Source: the human T2T-CHM13v2.0 reference genome, Homo sapiens
Assembly (NCBI RefSeq): GCF_009914755.1
Contig: NC_060933.1
Length of the DNA stretch: 64,000 nucleotides
Direction: 5' to 3' (one strand)
The first letter of the stretch is position 1. Each line of letters starts with the position of its first letter. Made by a program: the position numbers and the translations under genes. Below the pieces are notes generated by a model. That model did not search any database. It saw only the letters and a list, made by a program, of their open reading frames with translations, and was not told where the DNA came from. Of the stretch, positions 31,172-46,152 are shown piece after piece.

Positions 31172-33840
31172 ACAGAAATTTTTTTAAAAATGAATATTTT
31201 TCTTACATTTGGGTATCAAAGGTATAAAACCAGAGTGCATACATTCAAAACCATGAAAAGCAAAATAAAAGGGAAAGAGTATACAGTAAATAACATGTTC
31301 CAACATATATTACATAAAATTTTTATTATTACATGAGGCACTCTTACAAATAAATAAAAAATACCCCAATGGTAAAATACCTATGGCTATGAATAAACCT
31401 TTACATAAATTAAGAAATACAAGCTAGCAATTCTGATTAATATCCAGAGCAATGCTATATGTAGCCACAAATAACTAGAAATAATCTCATTGCACAACAT
31501 TGGAATAATTAGCAAAATTTATGACATTGTCATATACAGTAGACTGTTGTATAACCCTACAATCATAAAGTATGTTATTATGTCAGAAAATTCTTATTGT
31601 AATATTGAAAAAAGCGAACTAGCTAGGTACAAAAAAAACCCCTCATGTTTAGAAAAAGCTAAAGGGAGTAAAAATTATATGAAAATAGGTATAGCAGATG
31701 CTGCAGTTAGTGGTGTTGGGAGTGACTATTGTTTTTTCAAATTTTTCATTGGAATAGTATGTTTTCCTATTTAGAAGAAGGAAAACCAACTACAACGACA
31801 GAATCAGCTTCCCATCAATACTGATTTCAGTTATTGGGCTAAGAGAGGTTTTTCTACCCAGGAAGCTTTAATTTTCTCATTCTGGGTGACTCTACAGGGG
31901 AGAGAATTGTGCCAGCCTTATATTTTAATGGGCATTAGGCAGAAGGGTGTGTGTGCTATTAAATCTACTAAGTGGACAGAATGATCATTATCTGCTAGGT
32001 GAGCTGGAAAGCAGGAAGATAGAGCAACTCTGGATATATTCTGTTATCCAAACTTTAAAACAAATCCATCCTCATATCCCCATTGAAAAATATGACCCTG
32101 AAAAGAGGGTTATAACTAAACAGGGAGAAATAAATATGCAGTATATGTAAACAAATAACAACAAAGAAGTAAAAAGCCTATATGTCGAAGGTTCATTACT
32201 CTAAAGAAATACAATACACTATGTTCCCCTCAACTCTGCTATGAAATTGATAGGGTCATTATTGCCTGCCATAAAGAAACGGTACAAACAAAACAGTCTT
32301 ACTATTTCTCTTTCAGCTTTAATGTAATATGGTTCTTCATGAAGTTTTCATTAAAATTGATAGAATAATTCATTATGCATTTATCTGATTTTATTCCTCT
32401 TTGTATTTGATCAAAACAATATTTAGCACTTGAAAATTCACAATGAAAATTGTGAAACCTCAAGATAAGTTACTCATTTACAATTAAATAAATTAGCTTT
32501 TTAATCCTTTAATCTACTCTAGAAGCTAAATAATTGAGCTAGAACAAGGATTGTTCTATCTGATTCAAAACATTTGAGGGTCAGAGTCTCAGAAGAGAGA
32601 TTTTTCACAATATGTTTATTTGCTCTAATTCACATAATTGGTATATTAAAATGAACAAATTAGAAACAAGCAACCAGAGGTTGCTGGATTAGTAAGAGTC
32701 TTAAAAGCTTTGCAGCTTCTTCATATAATTATTGAGACATGTTTAATTAGGATAACACATATTTGTAACAATTAAACATATTCAAGGTCAGAAAATGAAC
32801 CCTTTTACAAGTTAAAGTTAGCATTTTAGTTTTATAATACTCTCAGTCCAACAGGAGTGTTTTATTTCAATGTGATATTCTGATACCGTTATCACATTAA
32901 AAATCACTCTTTTTGATATCACTATAATACACTAATTTACAGGTAGAAAATCGAGATTTTAGATTGTCTAAGATACCTATATAAGACTCTCATAAACGTG
33001 AAAGTTCAGTACTCAAAAGAATGAAGATGCACATACAATTTCAAGTGACTGCTTTGCTAGCTGGACTCTTTCTGAACGGAGTGAAAAAATAGAATGAAGA
33101 GACTTAGATAGTTGCTCCATTTCCTAATCCCACATCTTGTACCTCAATTGAAAGGGGTTAAGAGCCCATTAAATTCTCTTCTTGGTCCATAAGCTTCTTT
33201 TCAGTACCTTTCCCAGGTTGCAGAGAAAATTTCCTGAAGGTTAGCCATTAAATATTACTGTACTCCTGAAAATCCTTGACTTACGTCTTGAAACATGGGG
33301 TCATTTTAATTATCTATGGATGCAAGACAGTGGTTTGACTTCAGCTGACCTTAGGTGTCTCTTATGATGTATAACATCTTAAGGTTCTAAAATACCGACT
33401 CTCTCATTACAATGTTAGAAACTGCTGCATTTTCTCAGCTTTTAGTTTTTCTTTGTATCTTGTGAAGCTGATTACTATTAATGCATCAACCCCAATTTCT
33501 TTGGAAGATGGAATGAGAATTAAAAATACCCCAAAACTGCAAATCTGTAAAACAGGAGGTATAGATATTATCTTTATAGTTTCCATAATGAAAGTACCTT
33601 TCCTTTGGTGAAATCTGTCAAAATTACGATCAATAATTTTTACAAGGACCAGGTGATAAAGGAGGTGATGGTAATATTAAAGTGCTCTGTAATCACTTAC
33701 ATGTATGAAATTTTTCAGATTGAATAGTGATGTCATTTATTTTTTCAAAATGTTCTTAAGATAGTTTTCAGAAGGAAGCCAGACAGCAGCCCTACTGATT
33801 ATACTTTTCTACTAATTATATATGTATCATTTAATTTATA

Positions 33841-33949
33841 TGAAATATGTTTATTACAGATTTGCCCTATGTTAATTGTGACATATCATATTATATATAT
33901 GAGCTATGTTGATTGTAGAGTTGCCCCATGTTCACTGTGATTCATATTA
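33841..33949. repeat. Diverged ~59-bp tandem duplication
   Basis: tgaaatatgtttattacagatttgccctatgttaattgtga vs tgagctatgttgattgtagagttgccccatgttcactgtga. Confidence 0.65.
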
Positions 33950-34446
33950 GGTCTTTCCTACAGAAGTTCAAAATCAGGAATCAAAGCAGGATGAATCACG
34001 CAGGGGCACATGGACAAAAGGAGACTGATGGCTCTTCTCACATCTGAGGCTGCTGTCTGTCACTGTATGAATTTACCAAAGCCCAGAGTCTTTCCCTCAG
34101 TTCTGGGACTTGGAAACATAAAGTTTTTAGGAAGCTGAATACAATTTCTCTTCTCAGGAGGAAACTTACATTAAACTAGCAAACATATAATCTCTAAAAA
34201 GCAGAATGTTGTTATGGATGTAATGGCAAATAAACAAGGCAGAAATTACTATACTCTGTATCTTTTAAAACTGTATTTCCTCTTTCTGTAGGCTAGGCTA
34301 ACTTGGGTATCAAAAGTATTTGTGAACTTTTCTGTATACATGTTGAATCTTAATAAAATTTATAAAAACAAAGGGAAAAGATGAGTATGGAATCAGAAAA
34401 GAGCAAGCCCGATGTCTAATGAGAACAGACTAATTACACTGTAGCC

Positions 34447-34860
34447 TCATTCATTCATTCATTCATTCAACAAACACTTTGGGTATATGGCTATTAGCTG
34501 GGTGCCAGGTTCTATGCTAGTCTCTGGAGTAACCTATAGTGAGCCAGAGAGACATCTTTCAGGAAAACAAAATAAAAGTAAAATCAACAACAAAAGTACA
34601 AAAGAAACTGCACACTTTGGAAACAAAAAATCAGAAATATGGAGGTGAAAAAAAAACTGGATAAGATGAAAATAATGTGTCCAAATAATGCAGATTTGGG
34701 CACCTGTTTATGAGTTCAGGGAAATGTTCAATAAGCATCCAGCTGAGGCAGGAAGAATCCAAAGAAGCCAGCCATGTGAATCCAAAGGTAGAATCATCGC
34801 AGACCTGGAAGAAGTGTTAACATGGGTGGAGTTTGCACTGGATGAGCAGGAACGTGGGCT
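34447..34860 (-). mobile_element. L2 3' end with (TTCA)n tail
   Basis: (cattc)-type microsatellite then aacaaacac...gtgccagg...tgctag; downstream gagttcaggga...agccagccatgtga. Confidence 0.65.
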
Positions 34861-35614
34861 GTGATTCAGAGTGAATTCCACTTTTTTTTTTTTTTAATCT
34901 TATGAACCTGTTTGCTACTCACAATCACAGAAAGGAGACTGTCTCAAAGGGTCCACTTATTTCCAAGACCATCTCAAAGTCCCTCGTAATGTTGGCTCAG
35001 GAAAATCCTGTTGACTTTTTTTCAACCAGTCTCCTTGCACTGCCACCATCACCCTTGGTGCTGTGAGATCACCCTATTGGGGTAGGCTATCTCTCACCAG
35101 CCATAGCCACTATAACCTCAGATCCTGGCCACGAGGGAAGGGATGCTCTTATCCCCTGCCTTGCTTGGCTCTAAGCAAGGAGGCTTTTTTTGTTCCTCTC
35201 AATGCAGCTGACACCCAACTAGAAAATGTTAATGTGGCTTTACTGAAGACCAGGGACAATGGAAGAGATTTCAAACTATCACATGATATCATACCACCCT
35301 GGGGTCTCTTACCGGGTCAGTTAATGGCCTGGCTCTCTGCTTGTCATCATTTGTCCTGGGACAGGTACCCCTCACTACCAGATCTGCTGTAGAACTTCCA
35401 AAGTTTTGAAGTTCAAGCCAGATTTCCTCCTAGTTCTAGCGAGAACAAACAGTGTCCCCATCTTAGCCTAAGGCCTAATTCCTCAAGTCTAAATTCCCTA
35501 TCCTAGGGTTAATTTCTCATCAGGATGGTTAATAGTAGAAATATCCATTTCACAGATATGTGGTCTACTCTGATAGCATTTATTAAAACACATAATCACA
35601 GAATAGTCTTACAC

Positions 35615-35792
35615 TTAAAAAAATTAATATTGATACATAATAGCTATACGTATTATCATGGTACATGTGATAATGTGATACATTTATATAATTAAATCGG
35701 GGTAATTGAGATATCCATCATCTAATTATTTATCTCTTCTTTACACTAGGAATATTCAAATTATTCTCTTCTAGCCATTTTTGAACTTACAC
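35615..35792 (-). mobile_element. L1MA 3' terminal fragment
   Basis: ttgatacataatag...ggtacatgtgata...ggtaattgagatatccatca...ctcttctagc. Confidence 0.75.
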
Positions 35793-37137
35793 TTTTGATT
35801 CAGTTCTCAAAATCTATGTTTTTCAGTATTGTCAATAGCCACATTTTATACTATGATAGCCAAAATAGTTTAGCCAAAGGAAGAAAACAATTCGAATCCA
35901 CAGTCTAATTTAACTCTCACCTGGCCAGTGCTTAAATGTGTACTGCCAAATTCTGCCTCTGGTACTCTACTTTAGCTACATTTTTATTGATGGCTAACTC
36001 TATTTTTGAGACACACTGTATTTCTTTATATATGGTAATAAAATAATTTAATTAAATAATCAGATTATAGTCAAAATGTATAACCCTGAGAGTTCTTCTG
36101 TCTCATTCAGGTGACTTTGTCTTTCCATGCTGAATTTAAAAAAAAAATGTGTTGATCTCATCATTTAACTCTTAAAAGTGGGTTTAATTTCTTTCCTTTT
36201 CAAGTTCTTACAAGATAGCCATTTGTCTCTGCCATGTGCTAACACCATCTTTCCTTTACAGACCAAGGTCAATCTCCTACAGAAAGTTTCCTGATTGAAC
36301 AGTAGTGTAAATCCACTGGCATATAAGAGAAAGAGGCTCAGGAATCAAGAGAATTGGGCAACTAACTAGCTCCAATTCCTTTTCATCTCAGTTTTGTTTT
36401 TTAATTTTTAAAATAGGGACATTGGTCCAAAAGGTTTTAATTAACCATACACCCTGCTCTACAAATCTAAAAAACTGTAGGACAGTATTTTGAGTCTCCA
36501 AGTATCCAGTGATAATAATTTGGGAAAAATTTAAATGGCAGAACAATTACGGTGTTCATCAAGTTTCAATTTAGTAGCCTTAGGTTTTGTGGTTCAGTGT
36601 TACCAAAAAGATCAAATGATGCTTATTTTCCTCATTACACATGATGTCATCTATAGAAAATCCATGAAATTGCTAAAACCCAGGGGCCGGGAATTCACAT
36701 AGTACACAATTAAAACAACGTCTTTTTCTTGGAATTTTTGGTGATAATTCCTAAGGGCAAAGGACAGTAACCACAGCAGTTGCTCTTTTCAGTCATGATT
36801 TGTAACTTTAATTCCAGAATCATAGCTGTATGTGTTTGGAAGAGACTTCAGGAATTTGGATGGATCGTTGGCCAGAGATTATCTTTTGTTTCTCTGTAGT
36901 TAGGAAGACTCTCTAGTGATTTACGCTTTTTTCTGGTAGTTGCCTGAGATAACTTTTCTTGTTTCAGTTGGAACAACATTTGCTAATTTTTCTTCTAAAC
37001 CAGAAGTCAAGGTCTAATTCCTATAAAACTTCTCAAATTATTTCAATTTATTCTAAAACGTGGCCTTATCAACCTCTATTACTTGGAAAAGTTCAAGATA
37101 ATTACAGTTTAAACTTGGAGTTGCAGCTCTCTGAAAA

Positions 37138-37176
37138 TGATTCATGTGTTATTTTACTGATTCATGTGTTATTTAC
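37138..37176. repeat. 20-bp tandem duplication
   Basis: tgattcatgtgttattttac followed by tgattcatgtgttatttac. Confidence 0.9.
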
Positions 37177-37229
37177 TTTAAGCTCCTGGAAACCCCAAAG
37201 TGTTGGTAATTTTGGATATCATGTGGTTC

Positions 37230-37405
37230 TAGATAGTAAGAGCTGCTCTTCCATGTATCAGCTGTGAGATCTTGAGCAAATTGTGAGACTCTAAGCTTTA
37301 GCTTCATCATCTGTTAAGTCATGAAGTTAGCACTGATGTGAATCGTATTATTATAAGAATTAGATATGTGTATGTGCTGTAACTGTGGTAAGCATTTACT
37401 AACGC
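37230..37405 (+). mobile_element. MIR
   Basis: agctgtgagatcttgagcaaatt...ctctaagctttagcttcatcatctgt. Confidence 0.65.
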
Positions 37406-37839
37406 AAACAATAGCTTGATCTCTGTCCTTTGGTATAGTCTTAATAAGTGCATAATTGATGGGACTGACAACCTCTGTGGGATGAAGAAGTCCTCAGATA
37501 ACAAATAATCAAGTATCAGCTGGTCAACTGTTATTCCTTGTATAATTCTGGTATGGCACAAGAGGAAAGAAATTCAGAATGAAGCAGGACTAAGCTACAA
37601 TAAAATTGTCCTCCAGAATCTTTCCACATTTGATCAGGTTTGTCCCATGTCCAAGGAAATGTGGATGAAGAGTCTCACAACTTTGGTCTAACTATAATGT
37701 TAGTATATTATTTCCAGCTAGCAGTCATTGGAGGAACTATTTTAATTTATGTTCCTGCTGTCCTTTTTACATTTCTCTTCTATTAAATATCTCCTTTTGA
37801 TGAATAGTCAACCTCTTTCTTTTCTATCTTGTTTTTTTT

Positions 37840-38365
<526 letters not shown>

Positions 38366-39749
38366 AGTTATTGTCTTCACAAATTTTGCAATGCTCAAAA
38401 TATGAACACTCTGTCATTCAGTGAATCTAGGCCAACCTTGTAATATTTTCTTTGTGCATCCCATTTTTCTTCTTCAAACTTTTTCCTTTTTTACTTTCTT
38501 AAATTCTCTCTCTCCCTACCTTTTATTGTATCATTTATCTTTTTACTTTGTTCCTTAAGAGTCATCTGCTTTGTAAAACATCTTCTCTATGAAGAATTTC
38601 CTAATCCCAAGGTTTCTTCCTCCTTTTCCTCTCCAACATTGTCACATTTTTCTACTTCTCCAATTTTTGACTTCCCTTTTAACCACTCCTTACCACCCCA
38701 TCTCTTATCCACTGCAATAGAAGAGGATGAATAAGAAATGCATTGTCTCAATATCAGTGGGGATAATGTTCTGGTATTCTACAAAAGCTCAGAATGTTTC
38801 ATCTAAAAAATAGATCTGCCAATATCTTATTTATTTACCTTTTGTCAATATAAACTATTCAATCTATAGAGGTCTCAATTTTCTTATATGAGATATGAGG
38901 TAAGTAAATTACCTAATATCTAGGGGCCATTCCAATATTAATATTCCCTAGGTATAAGGGCTTAGCCAAACACAATGGCTTTTTGAATAACTAACCTGGT
39001 TCATGAAAGTGTTACCAGCAAGATCTACAGGCTGGAGATCAGACATGTGCATCCATATATATTGCAGTGCACTGACTTTTACGGTATTCACAGTAACAAA
39101 ATATATTCATACTTACAGAATTAAGGTCACTGTGGTATGGTTTTAAAATTTTTTTTTAGGCAAGGAATGTAGAGAAATGATAATAAAATGTAATAGTATA
39201 ATGCTTTTAGTAATGTAATCCTTTCCTTATCCTCTCCTTGTTGAAAGATGGGCCAGGTTTTGGCAGATGATGGCACAGAGAAGCATTACAAGTGTCAGGG
39301 ACAATGTGAGAAAAGGCAGAAGAAGGAAGACTCAAATCTGAGAATGGTGAGTGATTTTTCAGGGTGAGAGCAGCATTTCACAATCTCTGTCCAGCAGAAC
39401 ACTGGTTTTAGGATATAGTAATGTAGTTATGAGGCAAAAGCATTTGGGAACAGCCATATGCCATATCTCCTTATTAGAGATTCAACTGACATATTGCTGT
39501 ACTATAGACTGAGAGATTTTGGAGGAAAAAAATTGATTTGACTTTGTTTAATTCAGTCTTACTCAAATTTACTTGACATCCAAGCCCTTTTCTCAGAACA
39601 AATCTTAAATCAGTTGATGGAACTACATTTTGTGGAAGGCCAGTTTTAGAGCTGCTGAGATGGATCTTAGGATATCTCTGTGCTAGGATATGCATGCAAT
39701 TATTTTTCTTATAACTCTATTATTTCATGCTCTAACATTTGTCGTTTTG

Positions 39750-41200
39750 AAGGACTCAGTTCTTAGTCTTCTGTTTTTATTTGCTTCATTGATGGCCTTA
39801 AAGAGCTTAACAGCTATGGTGGCTTTACCTCTCATGTGGTTTCCAGAGCTCCAAAACATGCTTTGTGGCTCCTGGCATTTACTGTGTGCTCCCTCTTTAT
39901 TCCTTTCCTCTTGCTTCAAATATCTTAGACATATGAGCTAATTCCTTTCCCAACCTTTAGCATCAAAACCAGCTACCTTCCTCATCCTCACTGTCTCAGT
40001 TACAAGATGCAATACTACTTTTATATATGCACAAAAATCTCAGTGATTGACACAAAACGTACGCTCAATAAAACTGCATTTTCTTTCTCTCACTGTTCAA
40101 TGATATCCAAACACTCCCGAAGTTCTTAAATTGAATGTACAGTCATCTAGTTTGACCAGCTCAGCCAACCATCAAAATTGGTCTTTTTTATTGCCCACAT
40201 TGCCACTTATTTCCAATAGGTACATCCAGTCCATAATGAGCACATTAGAACTTACTACTGGATTAATACCCTGGCGATTTCTTGACTAAAACTTTGTTCA
40301 TGCAACTGTCAGCATAATTATCCTAATGGATTTTTTAAAGCTATAGATACAAAAAATAACCATTGCACTGGCCATAAATAAATTTTTACATTTGTGTGTA
40401 TCCATGTATTCAATCCCAGGTCAAGATATCATGAAACATTTCCAGGACCCTAAAGTGTTTTCTGGTACTTCTTTCCATGCTATACTCCTTAGTGGTAACT
40501 CTTATAATGACCTCTGTCATTATATATCTTATACGTAGTAACACATGGTATGTATTCTCTTGTGTCTGGCGTATTGACATATATCTAGTTTATTAAGAGT
40601 TTCTTCTTTTATTGTGTCTCCCTTTTTCCTTAAACTAGACATTTATATAGTGTCCAAGTACCACTGAGCTCCTAACGTTATTATGCTGATCTATATCTTC
40701 AGGGGCTTTCCACAGTTTTCTGCCAGTCTTTCCACCCACACTATCTAATCAATCTAATTCTAATTCTATTTTAATTAACCAACCTCAGCCAGCCTTACTC
40801 TCACTGTTCCTCAACACACACCACTCCTCTTTGCAGACAGGTTCGCTCTCTATTCCATAAGCCCCCTGTGCTCATTCCTGACGCTGTGCCTTCTCTCTGT
40901 GTTAAAGTTCCTTTTTTCTCCTTCCTACATATCTGTTCAAGGCCCAACCCAAATCCTACCTCTTCTAAGAAGTTTTCTTAGAAGAAGCCAGTGATTTTTG
41001 GAATCCCTCCTTAATGAACTCCTATAGCAAGTATAATCTGTGCTCCCTGACCTGGTAATTAGTTTAGTGTTTAGTGTTTGTTTTATTTCTTTTTATGTTT
41101 TGTTTTTGTTTTATTATTGTTTATCCATGCATAGGATAATGACTTGAAGCAGGAACTATGCCATTTTCTTTCTCATTTCAGTGCAGGAATCTGTGATACT
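39750..41200 (+). mobile_element. Fragmented L2, with an old antisense L1ME piece at about 40350-40600
   Basis: Pyrimidine-rich L2 3' blocks (ctgttcctcaacacacc, ttcaaggcccaacccaaat, ttgaagcaggaactatg). Approximate. Confidence 0.5.
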
Positions 41201-42929
41201 AGAGTAGACCGAACTGTTTCATCCCTCGTTCCCCATTCACCCTCAGCATTTTTAAAACACAAAGCACAGTGAAATTTGTTGGTTACGAGCTTTTCTAGTA
41301 ATTGGTTTTTGTTCTTAGGTCTAAGCTGAATTTCTATAATGCTAATTTGACTACTTTCTTATTGTCACATAACTCAGGAATTAGCTAAGTCATTATAAGT
41401 TTAGAAACATAGAAGATATCATAAGAAAACCGAATGAATATCACACATTTAGGCTTAGGAGCAAGGTATTGTGTGAGTCATAGATTAATGGGGTTCACAA
41501 TTATTTGACCTTTCAATTTCCCACTGTAAGAAATTTCAAAATATTAATATTTAACAATGTTGCTTAAAAAAGAAAGGAAGAGGGAGAAGGTACCTTTACT
41601 TTGAGGGCTTTCTAGAATTTATGAACAAATAGAATTAGATGGGGAAGGAGGAAAAACAAGGGCCATCAGCCCACAAATGAGATCAGGATAGAGAAGAACT
41701 CATCTGGGATACCAAATAGAGAGGTATAATAGATAGAATCCCAGAAAACTTCAACAATAGGAGCAGTGTTAGTAGGAGACAAAAGGCTTTGCAAAGTGCT
41801 GTAAAACTCTCACACAAAATAACTTGGCAGGGTATTCATCATCTAGCTATTCCTGACATGCAGACTTTACTTAGAGTCCAGCCTTTGCCATCATGGATTT
41901 TTTGGGGATTTATTTTTTTTTTTTGGACAATTGGACTAAATGAGGTGGCCAGTGCCCTGGCTAGCTTACGCTGCTAGAGTAAGAGGAGGAAAAATAAAAA
42001 GAGCAAGAGACATCACTCATCAGTGATTCCTCCCATCACCAATATACTTAGGATCCCTCATAACATTTTACCCACTTCCCATTGGTAACACAGAACTAGA
42101 TTGAACTATTGGGTAAAATGGTCCCTACAGAACTCAGGTTCATATAGTAAAATTTTAAAATTCTGAATTTTTTCCTAGGGAAAATTGTGATGATAGTTCA
42201 ATAATAAGATTAAGCGAGGGCTGAGAAATATTAGAAATGCTGGATAAAGTAAGAAACATCTGCTTAAAGTCATCAGAATGTTAAAAAAATAAAAAGCCAT
42301 GCCATGTGGGCCAAGCTTCTGGAGAGAAGGGAAACAGAAAGCTTGACATTTGGCATTGCTTTTCTCCTTGCGGCATTTGCTGATTCAAAACATACAGCCT
42401 AGGAGCTGAAAAGCCAAGGAGTTGAAAAGCCAGGGAGCAGAGAAGCCAATTGGCAAGTGCTCAAGCCAAAAGCACCAACTAAGAGGCTGACAAGCCCTTA
42501 GGTAGTCTCATAGGTCTAGGAGAACAAGTAAGCTTAGAGTCCAACGAGGGATCTGAGGGCACAGGTGAACCCAGCCTTTCACATGGCAATTTTAAATGGC
42601 AACGTCCTAAATGGAAGGGCAAACCAAAAATAGACCAGCACTTACAAAGACTGAAGACCAATTTTAAATTAGCTCAAACTGAGAATGGGTTAAGGTTACC
42701 AATCCCTGTAATAACTATCTGCCATAAGAGAAAGCAAATCTTCTTCAGAGAAAGATAAGGACATCCATGAGGTACAATTATCTCTCTCTCTTTTAAATAC
42801 ACCCAGTATTCAAAACATCACTTGATATACCAAGAAATAAGAGTAAATGATCAAAAACTAAGAAAAAAAAGACAATATAAACGGACAGGATATTATAATT
42901 AGCAGTCACTGTTTTTTTTAAAAAAAACT

Positions 42930-43915
42930 ATGATTCAACAACAATGAAAATCAACTGATAGGAAATAAGAGGATATGAGAGATGCTCAAACTCACATAAT
43001 CAGGGAATTGCAAATTAAAATGACAGCGAGATAGCACTACTTACCTATTAGAATGGCTAAAATCCAAAAACTGAAATACCAAAACTGATGAATGCAGAGC
43101 AATAGGAATTTTCATTCAATGCTCATAGCAATCCAAAATGGTACAACCACTTTGGAAGATACTTTGGGAGATGTTTTTTTTTTTTTTATAAAACTAAACA
43201 TACTTTTATCATATGATCCAGAAATTTTAATTCTTGGTATTTACCCAAATGAGTTGAAAACTTACATTCACGTGCAAATCTGCATACAAATATTTATAGT
43301 GGCTTTCTTAATAGCCAAAACTTGAAAGCAACCTAGATGTTTTTCCAGAGATGAATTAAAAAAACAAACTATGGCATATCCATACAATGGAATATTATTC
43401 AGTGATAAAAGGCAATGAATTATCCATCTATGAAAAGATGTGAAGGAAACTTAAATGCGTATTTCTAATTGAAACCAGTCTGAAAAGGCTGTATGATTCC
43501 AACTATATGATATTCAGGAGAAGTTCCAATTATGGAGGACAGTTAAATGATCAGTGGTTGCCAGAGGTTTAGGGAGGGGGAAGAAGGGATAAATAGGTGG
43601 AGCACAGAGGATTTTTAGGGCAATGAAACTATTCAGTATAATATTGTAATGGTGGACATGTCATGGCACATTTGCAAAACTCAAAACAACATTTGCAAAA
43701 AAAAGAGTGAACCCTAATGTATATATTAACTTGACTTAATAATAATGTATCAATAATTCATTAATTGTGAAAAGGTACCACACTAATGCAAGATATTAAT
43801 AATGGGGAAACTAGGTAGAGAGGTGAATGGGTATATAGGAACTCTCTATACTTTCTGCTTAATTATTTTGTGATCTTAAAACTGCAGAAAAAAATTGCCT
43901 ATTAATTTAAAATAA
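42930..43915 (+). mobile_element. L1MC2/3-like 3' portion
   Basis: ORF2 end (YDPEILILGIYPNELKTY) and L1MC 3'UTR (agagtgaaccctaatgta, ggaactctctatactttctgc). Confidence 0.85.
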
Positions 43916-43929
43916 ATAGCTAGGCTTAC

Positions 43930-44795
<866 letters not shown>

Positions 44796-45090
44796 AAAAC
44801 CATGATTAATGTATTCAAGAAAATAAAGGACAGAACATACTAGTTAAGCAAAAGTTAGCATTCATAAAAAGCAATCAAAGGAAAATTCTAAAACTGAAAA
44901 AGCAGCCATTTAAATTAAGTGTTCAGCAGCTTGGTTTAATATTATATTAGACAAAAATGTAAGAAAGGATTATTAAAGTCAACAAAAAATAACCAGGCTA
45001 AAATTTGGAGGAAAAATAATATAAAATTTAAAAAAGCACATAAGACATATGGAGAATATATAAAACATTGTGATTAACCAGGCCCATGTC

Positions 45091-45840
45091 ATGGTTAGAG
45101 AGAGAACACCCACTCTAGCTGTACTACAAGGACTTCTGTAAAAGAAAAATGAGGTTCTAGTGCCAGAAGTAAAACGAATGCATAACAAAGAGGCAAAAAC
45201 AATGATAAACTATAATTTAGACATACCAGTTATTACATAAGCTCCTTCAGGTTGTAATCTAATAGAAGTGATAAGAAATGACATAACTCATATTGAAGGC
45301 TACTAGATATTGCTGAGGAAAAGTGTCCTCAGGAGTAGTTTATGATACAGATGGACCATGTGTAGAAAATGCTGTAGGAATGGAAAACTCCAGACACCTG
45401 GGACAAAAGGGGAACCATGGAGTATTTGAAAGCATCATTGTTCAAGGTTATACATTGTTTAAAATCCAGATACTTCGGTTAGCCTGTCTAAATGATGACT
45501 TGCTCATTTTTCTGGATCTGAATACAGAAGTTTTGCTGTTTTTGACCAACACCAAAGAAAAAGGTGGAAAAGTTGTTTCTTTACTATGAAACTGGAGAAA
45601 AGGCAGGTCTTACAAGTAGAATGAAGGCTTACTAGTGTTTTCCCTGATGACAGAGCTAATTCAGGAGACTCTATGGCCATAGGACAATTTTGGAAGCAGA
45701 ATAAGACTGGGGAGTCTTCATTCAGTGTTTGTAATTAAATTTTAATGACATATGATGACGTTGGCATGATAGAGCTGGAAGAATTAGTTGAGTTGTTGAA
45801 AATCGTCCTCAAAGCTATAGAAATTGAACAGTGGACACAG
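45091..45840 (+). pseudogene. Candidate highly decayed processed pseudogene, periphilin (PPHLN1)-like
   Basis: One frame with many stops gives collinear motifs RERTP, EG...RKS...YRWT, SF...QHQRK, IEL and [10 protein letters not shown]. These resemble recalled PPHLN1 RERAP, EG...RRS...YRWT, SF..SQHRK, IEL and IASKTKEIEQ. Not verified by alignment. Confidence 0.4.
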
Positions 45841-45855
45841 AAAAAGAACAATGCA

Positions 45856-46152
45856 GGCTGGGCACAGTGGCTCATGCCTGTAATACCAGCACTTTGGGAG
45901 GCTGAGGCAGGTGCATCACTTGAGGTCAGGAGTTCAAGACCAGCCTGGCCAACATGGTGAAACCCTGTCTCTACAAAAAATACAAAAATTACCCAGGTGT
46001 GGGGGTGCCCACCTATAGTCCCAGCTACTTGGGAGGCTGAGGCAGGAGAATCGCTTGAACCCTGGAGGTGGAGGTTGTAGTGAGCCGAGATTGCGCAACT
46101 GTACTCTGGCATGGGTGACAGAGTGAGGCTCCATCTTAATAAAAAATAAAAA
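45856..46152 (+). mobile_element. AluS (Sz/Sx-like)
   Basis: Full dimer; 15-bp TSD aaa(a/t)agaacaatg(c/t)a at 45841-45855 and 46153-46167. Confidence 0.95.

Noticed and set aside
32869-32898. 9-bp inverted repeat aatgtgata/tatcacatt
   Set aside because: Short, AT-rich and isolated; compatible with chance.
45745-45800. EF-hand-like [12 protein letters not shown]
   Set aside because: Loop spacing is not canonical and there is no partner hand; the periphilin-like reading accounts for more of the segment.
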